DNA of 64,000 nucleotides from Poseidonia sp. (GCA_030827475.1 JAUREJ010000006.1:4024-68023), one strand, 5' to 3'. Positions 26,320 through 36,607 are shown, numbered from the stretch's first letter. A program made the numbers and translations. Notes: generated from the sequence alone by a model not told the origin.

Positions 26320-29249
26320 TACGATGCCTCCTTTTCGTTCTGCTCAGACATGTCTTCTTCAAGGAAGTTTTCAACTTCTTCAATCTCATCAACATCAAAT
26401 TCGACATACTCATCGAATCGAGCATCAGCAGATTTTGTCATTTCACGCTGTCGAATGAGCCCTCGCTTGAAGTAGTGGTCGGCATTCTCGTCTTTCTTTT
26501 TCGTCTTCGGTAGGAATTTAATCAATTCAATTCCATCATCGATGCCGAGATATTTGCCACCTTGTGACAATTTTCTTGCTCCAAATGCGATTAGGCCGCC
26601 ACCAACAAGACCGGTTCCGCCAACGGCTGCGGCAGTTTGAACTTCTTCCTTATCGAGGTCGATGTCTATTATTGACGTTGAATTCTCCTTCACTGGAACT
26701 TCTACTGGTACCTCTACTTCCACCTCGACTTCCACGATAACATCATCGTTGCATCCATCTCTGTCCTCATCGTTTTCTTCAGCAGCAAAAGTGTATGGGC
26801 ACTTGTCGCTATTCGATTGGTTTCTAGTATCAACTGGGATCGTATTGTTCACACCGTCCCCATCAATGTCGAAATCACATGCATCACCCATTGTGTCGTT
26901 GGTATCAGCATCGATATTTGTTTGCAACGGGTTCCAGATGAATACACAATTATCAAGCCTGTTGATGACACCGTCATTGTCTGAGTCGTTTGGATGAACT
27001 TCACATCCATCAATGAGACCATCTTCGTCTTCATCAATCGTGTCATCTGAACCAGGGCACCTGTCCAGACTGTTGATGACACCATCATCATCTAAGTCAT
27101 TATCTTGAACGATGTCATCTAAACATCCATCAAAATTGAGGTCCAACGAAGACGCATTTTCGTATGGACACAGGTCTTCACCAGTGCCATTGAATGGATT
27201 TGAATTGTTAATAAGATCTCCATCGATGTCACCGTCACATGAATCCCCTACGCCATCCTCATCAAAATCGAGTTGATTTGTGTTCGCTATGTACTGACAA
27301 TTATCAAAAACATCCTCTATAGAATCGCCATCTGTGTCATTTTCTGCGTGAATATAGGGGTACGCATCCAGAAGGTCAGGAACGCCATCACCATCGCTAT
27401 CATCGAGACACCCGTCCATGTTGTTATCAGAAAGTGATGCGTTTTCAAACGGACATTGGTCATTTCCTTGTCCGTCGTAGGGTACATTATTTGTTATACC
27501 GTCTCCATCGATATCGGTATCACACTCATCACCTTCGCCATCGCCGTTGTAATCTAGTTGGTTCTCATTCCAATTGTTTGGACAATTATCATTTTGATTT
27601 GCAATACCATCGCCATCAGTATCAGCTGACGCTTGCATGAATGCAAATGGGTCATTCCAGTCAGGAATACCGTCTGCATCAGTATCGTGTTGGAAAGTAA
27701 ACATCGTATACTGTTGACTTGATGCCTCTAGGCCGATGATGCTCGTGTGATATTGATTGTTTGAAATGATGAGTGGTCGTTCTTCAGAGATTTTTGGCAG
27801 CACACCAAGAATGTTCAATGTTGAAGTGTCAACGATACTTATTCTGGGGTCGAGCTCAATAATGCCAACTCGGATGTCATTTTCATCGTACACATCGATG
27901 GTTTCATTGTATGAGTAGTCCCAGTTGAGTACAAGTTGACGTGCAAGGTATTTTCCTTCGATGTATCCATCGGCTTCAAGGGCCCAAGCCAATCCTGTTT
28001 GCCGTGGAACAAATTGAAGTTTTTCTCCAAGTTCATGGTCGAGAATTGTCACGCCAGGGTCTCCGGCTCCTCCTTGGCTGTTGAACGTGAATGTCAATTT
28101 ATTTTCTTCATCAGCATGCACATCAAAGATCGTGTGTGCACGAGTGGGGTTCATGCTAAAATTTTCAGGGGCAGTTGAAACATAACTGTAATTATCTTGC
28201 CTGAAAAACCAACCTGTGGGGTGTTCTGTGGAGCCAGATTTTTCAATTCCCTCGCTCGAATTGAAGAGATAGGTTTGGCTGTTCCCATTCCATGCTTGAA
28301 TGCCGAGGAATACCTCTGTTCCAAAAGGATACACGATGACACCATCTTCGTAACCAAAGTTGTTGCATGGAGAATTAGCTTGGATGTCATTTTGTGGACA
28401 ATTATCTTCATGGTGAAGGATTTCACCAGTTATTGACATCACCATGAAATATGCATCCCCACTATAATCGCCCCGAACAACTTTGGAATTCTCAGTTACT
28501 GCTATTGATGAGAGTTGACCAGCCAAGAATATCTTGCGTTCTGTCCCAACATCACTAAACGCTACACTGTTAAACTTGATGTGTCCATACGTAGGGTCAG
28601 CATCCGATGTCATAATTTCTTTGACCCAAATTTTCGTTCCATTGCTCGCATGCATCATGACGACAAGACCTGCATCAACATCTTGGTATGGGTTGTGAAT
28701 TCGAGATCCGACTCCAAAATCGAAACAACCAGTGAATGAACCTGCGATAACAATTTTACTCTCGTCACTCGATAATGAAATATCCTTCATTTGAATTCTC
28801 GATTCATTTATGTTATTGTAATCGCTTGGAGAACAATAATTCCCACTTTTTGGAGTTGGAGCGAAAATCCAATCCCAATATCCTTCAGCATCCATCTTAG
28901 CAAGGACAAGTGATGAAGTGCCGTCTGCACGGTTGAGCCCGTTGTGGTGGTCAATCCATTCGGACCCAAGAATGAGTTTGTTCTTACTCAACACCCCTAC
29001 CATGTATGTGGAACCCTCACTATCAATGACTGATGATGTGACTTTGAAATCAGTATAGTATGAACCTGGTGTTCCAGTTGGGGTGATGAGTTGCATGACC
29101 TCAGTTGCAGTCTCGTCAAGTTGAGTATATGGTTCGGCGTGTGAATATGCCTGGCCGTTATTCACATCGTCGAGTGAAATATTGACAGACCAAGGCACTG
29201 ACATGAATGAACATAGAATCATCAAAACGAGAATCTTTACATTTTTCAT
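26319..29249 (-). CDS. Island gene 10: secreted 976-aa protein with N-terminal beta-rich region, thrombospondin type-3 repeat array, (EV)n linker, TM anchor and acidic cytoplasmic tail
   Basis: Signal peptide MKNVKILVLMILCSFMSVPWS. There are many DxDxDGxxDxxDxC repeats (DTDADGIPDWND, DTDGDGIANQNDNCP, DTDIDGDGITN, DSDGDGVPD, DTDGDSIEDVFDNCQ, DGDIDGDLIN, DSDNDGVINRLDNCV, DFDIDGDGVNN). The linker is VIVEVEVEVEVPVEVPV and the TM is AAAVGGTGLVGGGLIAFGA. GAGGAGGAA lies upstream of the ATG. Confidence 0.85.
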   Translation of the reverse strand: MKNVKILVLMILCSFMSVPWSVNISLDDVNNGQAYSHAEPYTQLDETATEVMQLITPTGTPGSYYTDFKVTSSVIDSEGSTYMVGVLSKNKLILGSEWIDHHNGLNRADGTSSLVLAKMDAEGYWDWIFAPTPKSGNYCSPSDYNNINESRIQMKDISLSSDESKIVIAGSFTGCFDFGVGSRIHNPYQDVDAGLVVMMHASNGTKIWVKEIMTSDADPTYGHIKFNSVAFSDVGTERKIFLAGQLSSIAVTENSKVVRGDYSGDAYFMVMSITGEILHHEDNCPQNDIQANSPCNNFGYEDGVIVYPFGTEVFLGIQAWNGNSQTYLFNSSEGIEKSGSTEHPTGWFFRQDNYSYVSTAPENFSMNPTRAHTIFDVHADEENKLTFTFNSQGGAGDPGVTILDHELGEKLQFVPRQTGLAWALEADGYIEGKYLARQLVLNWDYSYNETIDVYDENDIRVGIIELDPRISIVDTSTLNILGVLPKISEERPLIISNNQYHTSIIGLEASSQQYTMFTFQHDTDADGIPDWNDPFAFMQASADTDGDGIANQNDNCPNNWNENQLDYNGDGEGDECDTDIDGDGITNNVPYDGQGNDQCPFENASLSDNNMDGCLDDSDGDGVPDLLDAYPYIHAENDTDGDSIEDVFDNCQYIANTNQLDFDEDGVGDSCDGDIDGDLINNSNPFNGTGEDLCPYENASSLDLNFDGCLDDIVQDNDLDDDGVINSLDRCPGSDDTIDEDEDGLIDGCEVHPNDSDNDGVINRLDNCVFIWNPLQTNIDADTNDTMGDACDFDIDGDGVNNTIPVDTRNQSNSDKCPYTFAAEENDEDRDGCNDDVIVEVEVEVEVPVEVPVKENSTSIIDIDLDKEEVQTAAAVGGTGLVGGGLIAFGARKLSQGGKYLGIDDGIELIKFLPKTKKKDENADHYFKRGLIRQREMTKSADARFDEYVEFDVDEIEEVENFLEEDMSEQNEKEAS
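26735..27690 (-). repeat. Coding array of thrombospondin type-3-like Ca-binding repeats inside the 976-aa gene
   Basis: Boundaries located by back-translating HDTDADGIPDW (about 27690) and ENDEDRDGCNDDV (about 26735). Confidence 0.75.
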
Positions 29250-29347
29250 ACATTTTCCTCCTCAATATGTGTTATGTGTCTCACAGCAAATGGTCTAAAC
29301 AGCCTCTTTGTTGTTCTTTTCTTGGTATGTAATTGAGATGTCATCAT
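29246..29347 (-). CDS. Candidate 33-aa basic micro-ORF bridging the 922-aa and 976-aa genes
   Basis: Hand translation gives MMTSQLHTKKRTTKRLFRPFAVRHITHIEEENV. Its ATG directly abuts the TGA of the 922-aa gene (TGAATG). Its TGA overlaps the ATG of the 976-aa gene (ATGA). It is below the 60-aa cutoff of the ORF track. Confidence 0.3.
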   Translation of the reverse strand: MMTSQLHTKKRTTKRLFRPFAVRHITHIEEENV

Positions 29348-32116
29348 TCATTCACCTTGATCGATTTGATTTAATTTCAACCAGCCTTCATATGCAAGCA
29401 TTTTCCCATTCGGCAATCCTGCCAAATCATCACTTGCCTTAACTTCACTCTGCAGAACACTTGATGGTGATTCTCTGTGAAGCCATTTCCACTGCATTTG
29501 TGGCTTACCATCATCAATTGGCATTCGGATTGATGTTGGGTCGACAAGAACTGGTCCAACTTTGAACGTAGGTGCAATCTTTGCCATTGATTCCTCCCAA
29601 TGTTCCCTCAGAAGGATAATCTCTTTTTGCGGCAGGAATCCGCTGGTCAAATGAAGTGCAGATTGTGGATGCAAGAGCAGTGTCAAGAAAATATCAGTTT
29701 CAGGTAGGACATCCAGTGTGTTATCGAATGAAAGGAAATCATGGTCAATCGACTGGTCTGATTCAGGAATCGGTGCACCAGATTCATCGATTGGGAACAC
29801 TGTGTAGAATCTTGTGTAGTCATCATCAATGAAATATCCTAGTAATCCATCGATTTCTCTTTCTATACTTCCCAATTTGACTTGGAAAGCATGCTTACGT
29901 TGTGATTCACTTAACTGCGTCCATCCACCTTCAACTTGAAGACGAAGAAGTGCACGAACAACAGCAACTGGTCGACCCATGTAAAATGAAGGATGATTAA
30001 TGCCTCCTTTACCAAATGGGTCTGAATGCCAATATGTCGTATCAATGGCACGTAATAAAGCTGACAAAACACCCTCCCCAGAGTTTTCGAGATTTCTTTC
30101 CTGTTCGTCGATTCTTCCAACATCCATCAAAGAGTTGATAATCCTGTCAAGGTGCTTATTTCCACAATCTGGAGCGGTTCCTGCAGCAGAAAAGTTTCCT
30201 GGATTATTGTCCCATGCAAGTTGCCCTTTTTGGATACCTCCAAGAGTCCAGTCACGGTCAGCTACACGAAGTTGTCCTCTTGCATTTCCTTCATTATCAA
30301 AGACCTCCATCGCCCATTCGATGTGATCGGGTAGGAGGTAGCCACAAATTGGTGATGCTACTAAATCACTGTTGAGCAGGGCGGCTGTTCCACCCGTAGC
30401 TGGTAGCGTGTCATCGTCGTGAGCAAGCAATCTGAAATCCAGTCTTGACGGTTTGGGAATCCGTGGTCGGATGACAATTTTTCCAGACTCATCGCTGTAG
30501 TTTTGTAAACTTAAACCGACACTTACTTTTGGAGGTTGGCCGCTATCAAAATTGAGAAGGCCTTCCGGTCGAATTTCGCGGAGGTTACCAAAGGCATCCA
30601 CAATTTTCAGTTCAACGATTTCGACGAGACCTGCTCGAATAGGATGCGTCTCAGATAACTGGTTGATTTTATTATCAAGTCCGCTCAGTGTTATGGATAA
30701 GAGGTCACGCTGTTTGAAATCATAGACCAGTTGTTCGAGCATGTCTTCTTCTGTAACATCGAGAACCCCATTTTGATCTTCATCAAGTTCGTTTTCATCT
30801 TTGAGAAATTTGTTGATTTGCGAAACGACCACATTTGGGGCACTTCGGGTGATTGGTAAGCGTTCGGTGATGATGATTGCTTCATCCTCATTGGCTTGAA
30901 TAGTTTCATTTCCACTTGTTCGCTGGTAATCCACACCCTTCAATTCCCAGTTTTCTTTATCAGGATAAAATTTGAATCTGATATCTGCAAAAAGTGGCAG
31001 CCATGCCTGTTTCCACTGTTGATACGCAATTGGTGAAGGTAAACTGCTTCGCAGTCCCCTAACAGAATAACCGCCTAAGTTGAATAATTTCTTGATTGAA
31101 GCGTAGTCTCCTTCGCAGTCCTCCAAGAAACGCATTTCATCGTATAATGCATCAATTTCTAATGGCATCCATAAACGGTTTTGTGTAAATGTCAATGTCC
31201 TATTTGTTTCACCAATGAGCCGATTAATATCTGCAATTGTCCGAATTTTTGTGAGCCCCTCAGGATGATAATATCCCTCCTCCAAAGCTTTTGTCGAACG
31301 CAATTGGTCTGAAAGAAGTAAAACGGGGTCGCGTGGTTCAAAATATCTTGGAGCAGGGTAAGCGGTAACTTTTGGTATTTGTTTCTCTTTAAGCCCAAAT
31401 GCAAGTTGATGATTCTTGGCAAACTGCATTCTGTCTTGATTAAATCCTTGCTGGGCAAAGTTTTGTATCTGCTGACCGAGAGGTGCTTGTTGTTGTGCGT
31501 ATTGGTGTGCTGTTGATACTTCGTTTCCCCGCCGATTTTTCGTTGGTTCGAACCGCTTCTCTTCTTCTTTCACATAATCAAAGAGGATGCCACCATCAAT
31601 GGCGTGAAATGATTCCTTGTGTATTTCATGTTCAAATCGATATTCTCCATCTGCTGTATCGAGTTCACCAAGCAAATCGTGTGTGAAACCAACAAAGAAT
31701 TTCTCGAATTCTTGTCGCTCCTCTTCCGAAACACCTGCATTATTTTCAGCGAGTTCGGATGAAATAAGGGCAGCTAATGCCTCTTCTTGATTAACGCCAA
31801 TGGCTGCATCTAACTCATAAGCATCATTGTTTTCAATAGGATGACCCCACTTGACATTACATACGGCACCGTGGAACAATGTGTGCCTTGGCCAATGTTC
31901 GCCAATGGTGTCAATTGCCGCTCGCACCATGAGGCTGGAATCTATGGCTGTCGCCCCAGCGCCAATATTGATAGCATCGCTCGAATACTTGCTTGACTCC
32001 GACGTTTTGTTTTTTCCAGTCACCTCTTTTTGTTTGCCTTCTTTTCGGGGAAGGATTGATTTCTTTTCGCGTCCAACGTTGTTCTTGTCTGGGGAAATTG
32101 ATGTATCCTTTTTCAC
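29348..32116 (-). CDS. Island gene 9: 922-aa protein, no recognisable domain
   Basis: The GTG start overlaps the upstream stop (GTGA). AAGGTGG lies about 9 nt upstream. The N-terminus is basic and disordered-looking (KKDTSISPDKNNVGREKKSILPRKEGKQKE). No signal peptide. Confidence 0.8.
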   Translation of the reverse strand: MKKDTSISPDKNNVGREKKSILPRKEGKQKEVTGKNKTSESSKYSSDAINIGAGATAIDSSLMVRAAIDTIGEHWPRHTLFHGAVCNVKWGHPIENNDAYELDAAIGVNQEEALAALISSELAENNAGVSEEERQEFEKFFVGFTHDLLGELDTADGEYRFEHEIHKESFHAIDGGILFDYVKEEEKRFEPTKNRRGNEVSTAHQYAQQQAPLGQQIQNFAQQGFNQDRMQFAKNHQLAFGLKEKQIPKVTAYPAPRYFEPRDPVLLLSDQLRSTKALEEGYYHPEGLTKIRTIADINRLIGETNRTLTFTQNRLWMPLEIDALYDEMRFLEDCEGDYASIKKLFNLGGYSVRGLRSSLPSPIAYQQWKQAWLPLFADIRFKFYPDKENWELKGVDYQRTSGNETIQANEDEAIIITERLPITRSAPNVVVSQINKFLKDENELDEDQNGVLDVTEEDMLEQLVYDFKQRDLLSITLSGLDNKINQLSETHPIRAGLVEIVELKIVDAFGNLREIRPEGLLNFDSGQPPKVSVGLSLQNYSDESGKIVIRPRIPKPSRLDFRLLAHDDDTLPATGGTAALLNSDLVASPICGYLLPDHIEWAMEVFDNEGNARGQLRVADRDWTLGGIQKGQLAWDNNPGNFSAAGTAPDCGNKHLDRIINSLMDVGRIDEQERNLENSGEGVLSALLRAIDTTYWHSDPFGKGGINHPSFYMGRPVAVVRALLRLQVEGGWTQLSESQRKHAFQVKLGSIEREIDGLLGYFIDDDYTRFYTVFPIDESGAPIPESDQSIDHDFLSFDNTLDVLPETDIFLTLLLHPQSALHLTSGFLPQKEIILLREHWEESMAKIAPTFKVGPVLVDPTSIRMPIDDGKPQMQWKWLHRESPSSVLQSEVKASDDLAGLPNGKMLAYEGWLKLNQIDQGE

Positions 32117-33492
32117 TTTTCAGCACCACCTTTCTGTTGGTTCATCACGTGTGTAAGAAGCGTTTCCCAATTGGTTGGATCATCGTCAATGTCAGAGCGT
32201 TTGACGTCCCAGCGCAAATCATCTCTCATTTTTGAAAACCATACTTCCTCGGATTCATGTGCTTCCATGTATGCAGGGTCAGAGGACTCATCAGTGAACC
32301 AGCCACATACGAGATAATCAAATGTTGCCGTCGTATCTTGGGATAGTGTGTCATGGAATCCAAACCTACCTTTGGAATTGTCATATGTCGCAGTCCAGTG
32401 CATATCACCCGTCTCGGGTCCGATAGCAGTCATTTCTGGTATCGATGGATCTCGTTTTGTAGGAGTGAAATTATTCAGTGTCGAAACTTCCAATGTGACA
32501 GAATCCACCACCCATGCTTTTACGAGTGGTTCATTTTTTGTTGAGTTTACCACTTTACCGGGAGCAGTTATGTCGTCCACTTTTTTCCTTCGAATTATAA
32601 CCCATAAATCTGGTAGGTATGGAAACTTCAATGTCTCGTTCAGCGGTTTAACATCATCTGTTTCGGTTGTAAACTCCACCCTGTTACGAATAGCATCTTC
32701 AAATGAAATTGGATGTTGAAACTTCTCTTCTGTTGATATAAATTCCGGAGGTACATTGCCATCTGTTTCTTTGTACTCAAATTCATTCATCACATCCTCT
32801 TTTTCGAGTAATTCACCCTCAAGTAATGCTCGAGGGGGTTTCCAAAACAGATGAACGCCCGGCTCTAATCCTCCAGTTGATGGATTGTTTGGGGTGTATG
32901 TGAATGCATCAGGTAACCTCCAATCAGATGTGCCATGGTCTTCTTCGCCTTCCCTTTGAATGAAATGCGTTTTCAATGGTGCTCTCTTGTCATAAAGCAT
33001 GAAAAGTTTGTTTAGGTTTTTATCCTGTTCAATCCTAATGGCCTTGGTGTATGGGACAACAAGGGCTTGCACATCGATTGGAACAAGTAAATGACGCCGC
33101 CTCTCTAAATGTGTTTGAAATGCTGCGTCAATGATTTTATTGTCAAATTTCGCATCATGTTTCATTCCTTTCTCTGGTTGGTCGATGATTTTGCCAGCTT
33201 TTACCTCTTTCACAACCGGCGTTGCGTCTTTACCTGTGACGATTTTCTCTTCTGAAACAACTGTATCTGTCTTCCAAATGCCATCGGCATTCGTCTTCGT
33301 TGATGAGGTTTCTTCGACCTGTTTTGATGTTGAAGTGTTGGATTTAACTTTTGATGCAGTGGATGTGATAGATGCTTTCGTAGGAGTTGACGGAATGTCA
33401 GTTTTGTTTGGTGTATTTGACTGGGAAGCGATGTTTTTGACACTGTCTGCTGCTGTTTTGTTGGCAACAGGGTTTTTCTTTCGCTTAGCCAT
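32113..33492 (-). CDS. Island gene 8: 459-aa protein with Lys/Ser/Thr-rich N-terminal third, otherwise unassigned
   Basis: Start moved to ATG 33492, 1 nt after the upstream TAA and preceded by GGTGGTGA. The N-terminal 100 aa or so are low complexity (KTAADSVKNIASQSNTPNKTDIPSTPTKASITSTASKVKSNTSTSK). Confidence 0.8.
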   Translation of the reverse strand: MAKRKKNPVANKTAADSVKNIASQSNTPNKTDIPSTPTKASITSTASKVKSNTSTSKQVEETSSTKTNADGIWKTDTVVSEEKIVTGKDATPVVKEVKAGKIIDQPEKGMKHDAKFDNKIIDAAFQTHLERRRHLLVPIDVQALVVPYTKAIRIEQDKNLNKLFMLYDKRAPLKTHFIQREGEEDHGTSDWRLPDAFTYTPNNPSTGGLEPGVHLFWKPPRALLEGELLEKEDVMNEFEYKETDGNVPPEFISTEEKFQHPISFEDAIRNRVEFTTETDDVKPLNETLKFPYLPDLWVIIRRKKVDDITAPGKVVNSTKNEPLVKAWVVDSVTLEVSTLNNFTPTKRDPSIPEMTAIGPETGDMHWTATYDNSKGRFGFHDTLSQDTTATFDYLVCGWFTDESSDPAYMEAHESEEVWFSKMRDDLRWDVKRSDIDDDPTNWETLLTHVMNQQKGGAEK

Positions 33493-33493
33493 C

Positions 33494-34924
33494 TTATTCA
33501 CCACCACTGCTCGGTCGATTGATCACAGAAGAATCCTCCACCCTTATTGCATCGACATTGACGATTGATTCGTTTTGGCTATCAATGATTGGTTGTTGTC
33601 GAATTGAATCATAAACGAAGTCTTGTTGATATGGAAATTGCATAAGTTGTGTTGCAACGAATCCACCTTTCTCCAAGTTTGGAATGGACACCGAAGTAGT
33701 AGATTTATTTACCCAATCATTTCCGAACTTGAAATCTCGCATTCGAAGGACTGAAACATCACCGGTGCCTGCGCGGACGCTGATTCTAATTGTTTTGTCA
33801 TCTTCAATCATACCATCTCTATTTTTGTATTTGACGTATAATTTTGGGTCAATTTTTCCTCCGCCTTTGTCTTGTTTTTCAAGCCCTAATCGGATACCTT
33901 CTGAGGGTTCTTTCATTCGCAAATGTGTGGGTACACCGTTGAAAATACAAAGAAGAATTGTCTCTGAGAGTCGTGCGACACGAATGAGGTCTACCGCCCT
34001 ACCTTCATCAAAACCTTCTTCACGCCGTTCGCCAACACATTCAGGAGCATCATAGGCTTGAATTTCAAGCCCAGGGTAATCTCGAACGATAGTTGAGCGC
34101 ATCAAAAACCCCGTGAGTAGCCCACCTCGAATCATCGTCATTTGAGATAAAATACCACTCATTTTCGCTGTTAGTTCACTTTGAACGTCTCGAGAAATTT
34201 CAATTTGTTTCTTTAAAAAATCATGATTATTTTGAGAGAGCATGGGTTCTAGTTGGGTGGGTGATTTCGTATTCTCTTTGTCTTCTCCAGCGAGATATGT
34301 GTTCGATTTTGTTTGTTGAACACTGGTGGCTTTTTGTTTCGATGCAGATGTTGTTGTTGCTGAATCTTCGCTTTTTGCAACACCCATGACGGCATTACTC
34401 ATTGAACGCTGTTGCTCTGGAATTTTCGAGATTTCTTGTTCTACTCGTTGTTTAAAATTTTGGTTTGCTATTGAAACCGCATCTTCAAAAACACTCCTGT
34501 TCAATGCTCTAGCCTTATCATGAGCGGCTAATGCCGTTCGAAATGGATTCATAATCAATTCTTGTTCATTGAGAGCCTCCATGAGTTCGATGTAAAGTTC
34601 CCCTCGCTTCTCTGGGTCAACATCAGCTAATGCTCCTCTTGAATCCAATACACCTGTACTCAAGGCACCATCGATCATAGCATCGATCCAGTTTCGGTCA
34701 ATATGGAAAAATCTGATCGAATCATTTGGAAGCATTTCTTCATGAGGCACAATGTAAGGAAAGGGAACGCCCACAAGCGTACGGAGCTGCCCAAGCCATT
34801 CGATGATAAAATTCCATGCAGCCTCTTCAGCATCATCTGTGGTTGTTCTTGACATTCCCTTTACAAACCATGGAACAACAACGCGTGTGTGATATTCGCT
34901 CATCGTCGTATCACCTTCGGTCAT
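33494..34924 (-). CDS. Island gene 7: 476-aa protein, no recognisable domain
   Basis: ATGA overlap with the upstream gene. GAGGTGG lies 6 nt upstream. No signal peptide. The central segment is S/T/K-rich. Confidence 0.8.
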   Translation of the reverse strand: MTEGDTTMSEYHTRVVVPWFVKGMSRTTTDDAEEAAWNFIIEWLGQLRTLVGVPFPYIVPHEEMLPNDSIRFFHIDRNWIDAMIDGALSTGVLDSRGALADVDPEKRGELYIELMEALNEQELIMNPFRTALAAHDKARALNRSVFEDAVSIANQNFKQRVEQEISKIPEQQRSMSNAVMGVAKSEDSATTTSASKQKATSVQQTKSNTYLAGEDKENTKSPTQLEPMLSQNNHDFLKKQIEISRDVQSELTAKMSGILSQMTMIRGGLLTGFLMRSTIVRDYPGLEIQAYDAPECVGERREEGFDEGRAVDLIRVARLSETILLCIFNGVPTHLRMKEPSEGIRLGLEKQDKGGGKIDPKLYVKYKNRDGMIEDDKTIRISVRAGTGDVSVLRMRDFKFGNDWVNKSTTSVSIPNLEKGGFVATQLMQFPYQQDFVYDSIRQQPIIDSQNESIVNVDAIRVEDSSVINRPSSGGE

Positions 34925-36606
34925 AACTGGCCACCTCGCGTGTATGCTTCTTGGACTCGAAGGTTTTCTTGGAGCATTGTGTTTTCATCAAATTGTAATC
35001 GTTCTAATGAGAGTTTATCAAGGAAATCATCTGTTGTACCATCGGGTGGAAGAGGCACTTCATTGTGAAATCTCAAATCTGGTGGAACTTCTTTCAGAGG
35101 TAACGCGGTCTCTTTGACAATCGCCTTTTGTAAAATAGATTGAAGGGGTAACTTATCTACGCTTTCGATATCATATTTTTTAGAAAGGTGTGATTTATCA
35201 AGAAAGTTTTTTCTGTAAAGTTGGAGGGATTTTTTCTTTAATCGTAATCGTCTCCATCGACTAAGTGTCTCAATAAATTTAGGGTCACTTAATGCAAGCA
35301 ATCGACCGAGTTCAAATGCTGAGGAATGATGAATGACATCCAATCCTGTTGATGGTTCAAGTCCTCTTGCATCGTCTGAGTTCGTGTAAGGCTCTTCCTT
35401 GATATCGTGATATGTCGGTACTGCGATGCAAGGCCCTCTATACAAACACGGTCTTGTGATGCCGTCGTGTTCAACAATATCTGTGTAAAGGAAGGAGTTT
35501 ACAGTGACATCAGGATCCATGTCTGAACCCAGGAGAGCGGGTTCATATGTTCGTTGTTCACCATCTTCAAGGCTGAAACCTGCTAGGGAGTCAAGGTCGC
35601 CCACTTTGTCTTTGTCTGCGAGCGATTGACGGAATTTTATTGCCTTGATTTTCGATTCAAAATCACCGCCGTCCCCTGTATTAAACGTCCAATAATCGAG
35701 AAGAATTAATTTTACATCATCGGTTGATTTTAAATTTTGAATGGATTGAAAAGTCTCAGGTATGTGAAGTGGGAATTGAATTGGATGAGATGTTATGCGA
35801 TGAACACCATGATCAAGACCAACTTTCAAATCAATTTTTTGACCTTGTTTTTCTATCATCTGTGGATTTTCCTCGATGTCTTGAGTCAGAATTTGAACAG
35901 CATCTTCTATTGGTAAACTCGAAGCGTGCCCTTCTATAGAAACTAAACACGCATGATACTTTGTATTGATTTCACTCGGTAAACGATTGGAAATTATCAC
36001 GGAAAAGATTCCATCTTCATCATTCCCACACAACTCTTTGTCTTTTGGGTTGACTTGAAGGGCATGTGCAAGGTAGGGGAGGTCGTGAGCTGTAGGTCCA
36101 ATGTTTTTCAATAAACCCTCTTTGATTGAAAGAACTCGTATTTCAAATGGAATATTTGAGTTGCCTTTACCTGGAATTGTGTATTGTTTTTGACCCTCAA
36201 GAATTTCGCAACAATTCTCAAATTCATCATCGCGAATTAGGAGTAAACTCATCCAAGGACAGTTATCATAGTGCTCTTCATCGTTTACTTTCCTTTCCCA
36301 TGGAAGTGTTTTACTTTGAAAAACAATCTTTGGAATTGATAGGTCGACCTTTACGCCTTGTTCATTTTTTGGTGGAGTTCTCGAATGTATTGTAAGTGGG
36401 TCAATTTGATATGGGGAGCCTTCGATTTGAATGTATTCGTTTTTTGTAATCTCTTCGGGTAAATTTGTATTGACACCTTTGACTGAAGTAGGGAATGTTT
36501 GTTTGGTTTCGACCAAAAATTTCCCTTGCGTCAATGGAGGTTTGATCGAGTCAAAGTAACGTATTGTACCTACATCTGGACTTGGTGGTATTGGTTGTAT
36601 TGTCAT
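34921..36606 (-). CDS. Island gene 6: 561-aa protein, no recognisable domain
   Basis: Start moved to ATG 36606 (MTIQPIPP...), 1 nt after the TGA of the 660-aa gene and preceded by AAGAGGCGATGAA. The longer ORF-track start would overlap the upstream gene by 56 nt. Confidence 0.8.
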   Translation of the reverse strand: MTIQPIPPSPDVGTIRYFDSIKPPLTQGKFLVETKQTFPTSVKGVNTNLPEEITKNEYIQIEGSPYQIDPLTIHSRTPPKNEQGVKVDLSIPKIVFQSKTLPWERKVNDEEHYDNCPWMSLLLIRDDEFENCCEILEGQKQYTIPGKGNSNIPFEIRVLSIKEGLLKNIGPTAHDLPYLAHALQVNPKDKELCGNDEDGIFSVIISNRLPSEINTKYHACLVSIEGHASSLPIEDAVQILTQDIEENPQMIEKQGQKIDLKVGLDHGVHRITSHPIQFPLHIPETFQSIQNLKSTDDVKLILLDYWTFNTGDGGDFESKIKAIKFRQSLADKDKVGDLDSLAGFSLEDGEQRTYEPALLGSDMDPDVTVNSFLYTDIVEHDGITRPCLYRGPCIAVPTYHDIKEEPYTNSDDARGLEPSTGLDVIHHSSAFELGRLLALSDPKFIETLSRWRRLRLKKKSLQLYRKNFLDKSHLSKKYDIESVDKLPLQSILQKAIVKETALPLKEVPPDLRFHNEVPLPPDGTTDDFLDKLSLERLQFDENTMLQENLRVQEAYTRGGQL

Positions 36607-36607
36607 T

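Noticed and set aside
26690-26740. GAA/GTA-type periodic DNA ((EV)n coding tract) considered as a tandem repeat or CRISPR-like element
   Set aside because: It is a short in-frame low-complexity linker (VEVEVEVEVPVEVPV) inside a long ORF, with no spacer-repeat architecture. No CRISPR array was seen anywhere in the window.
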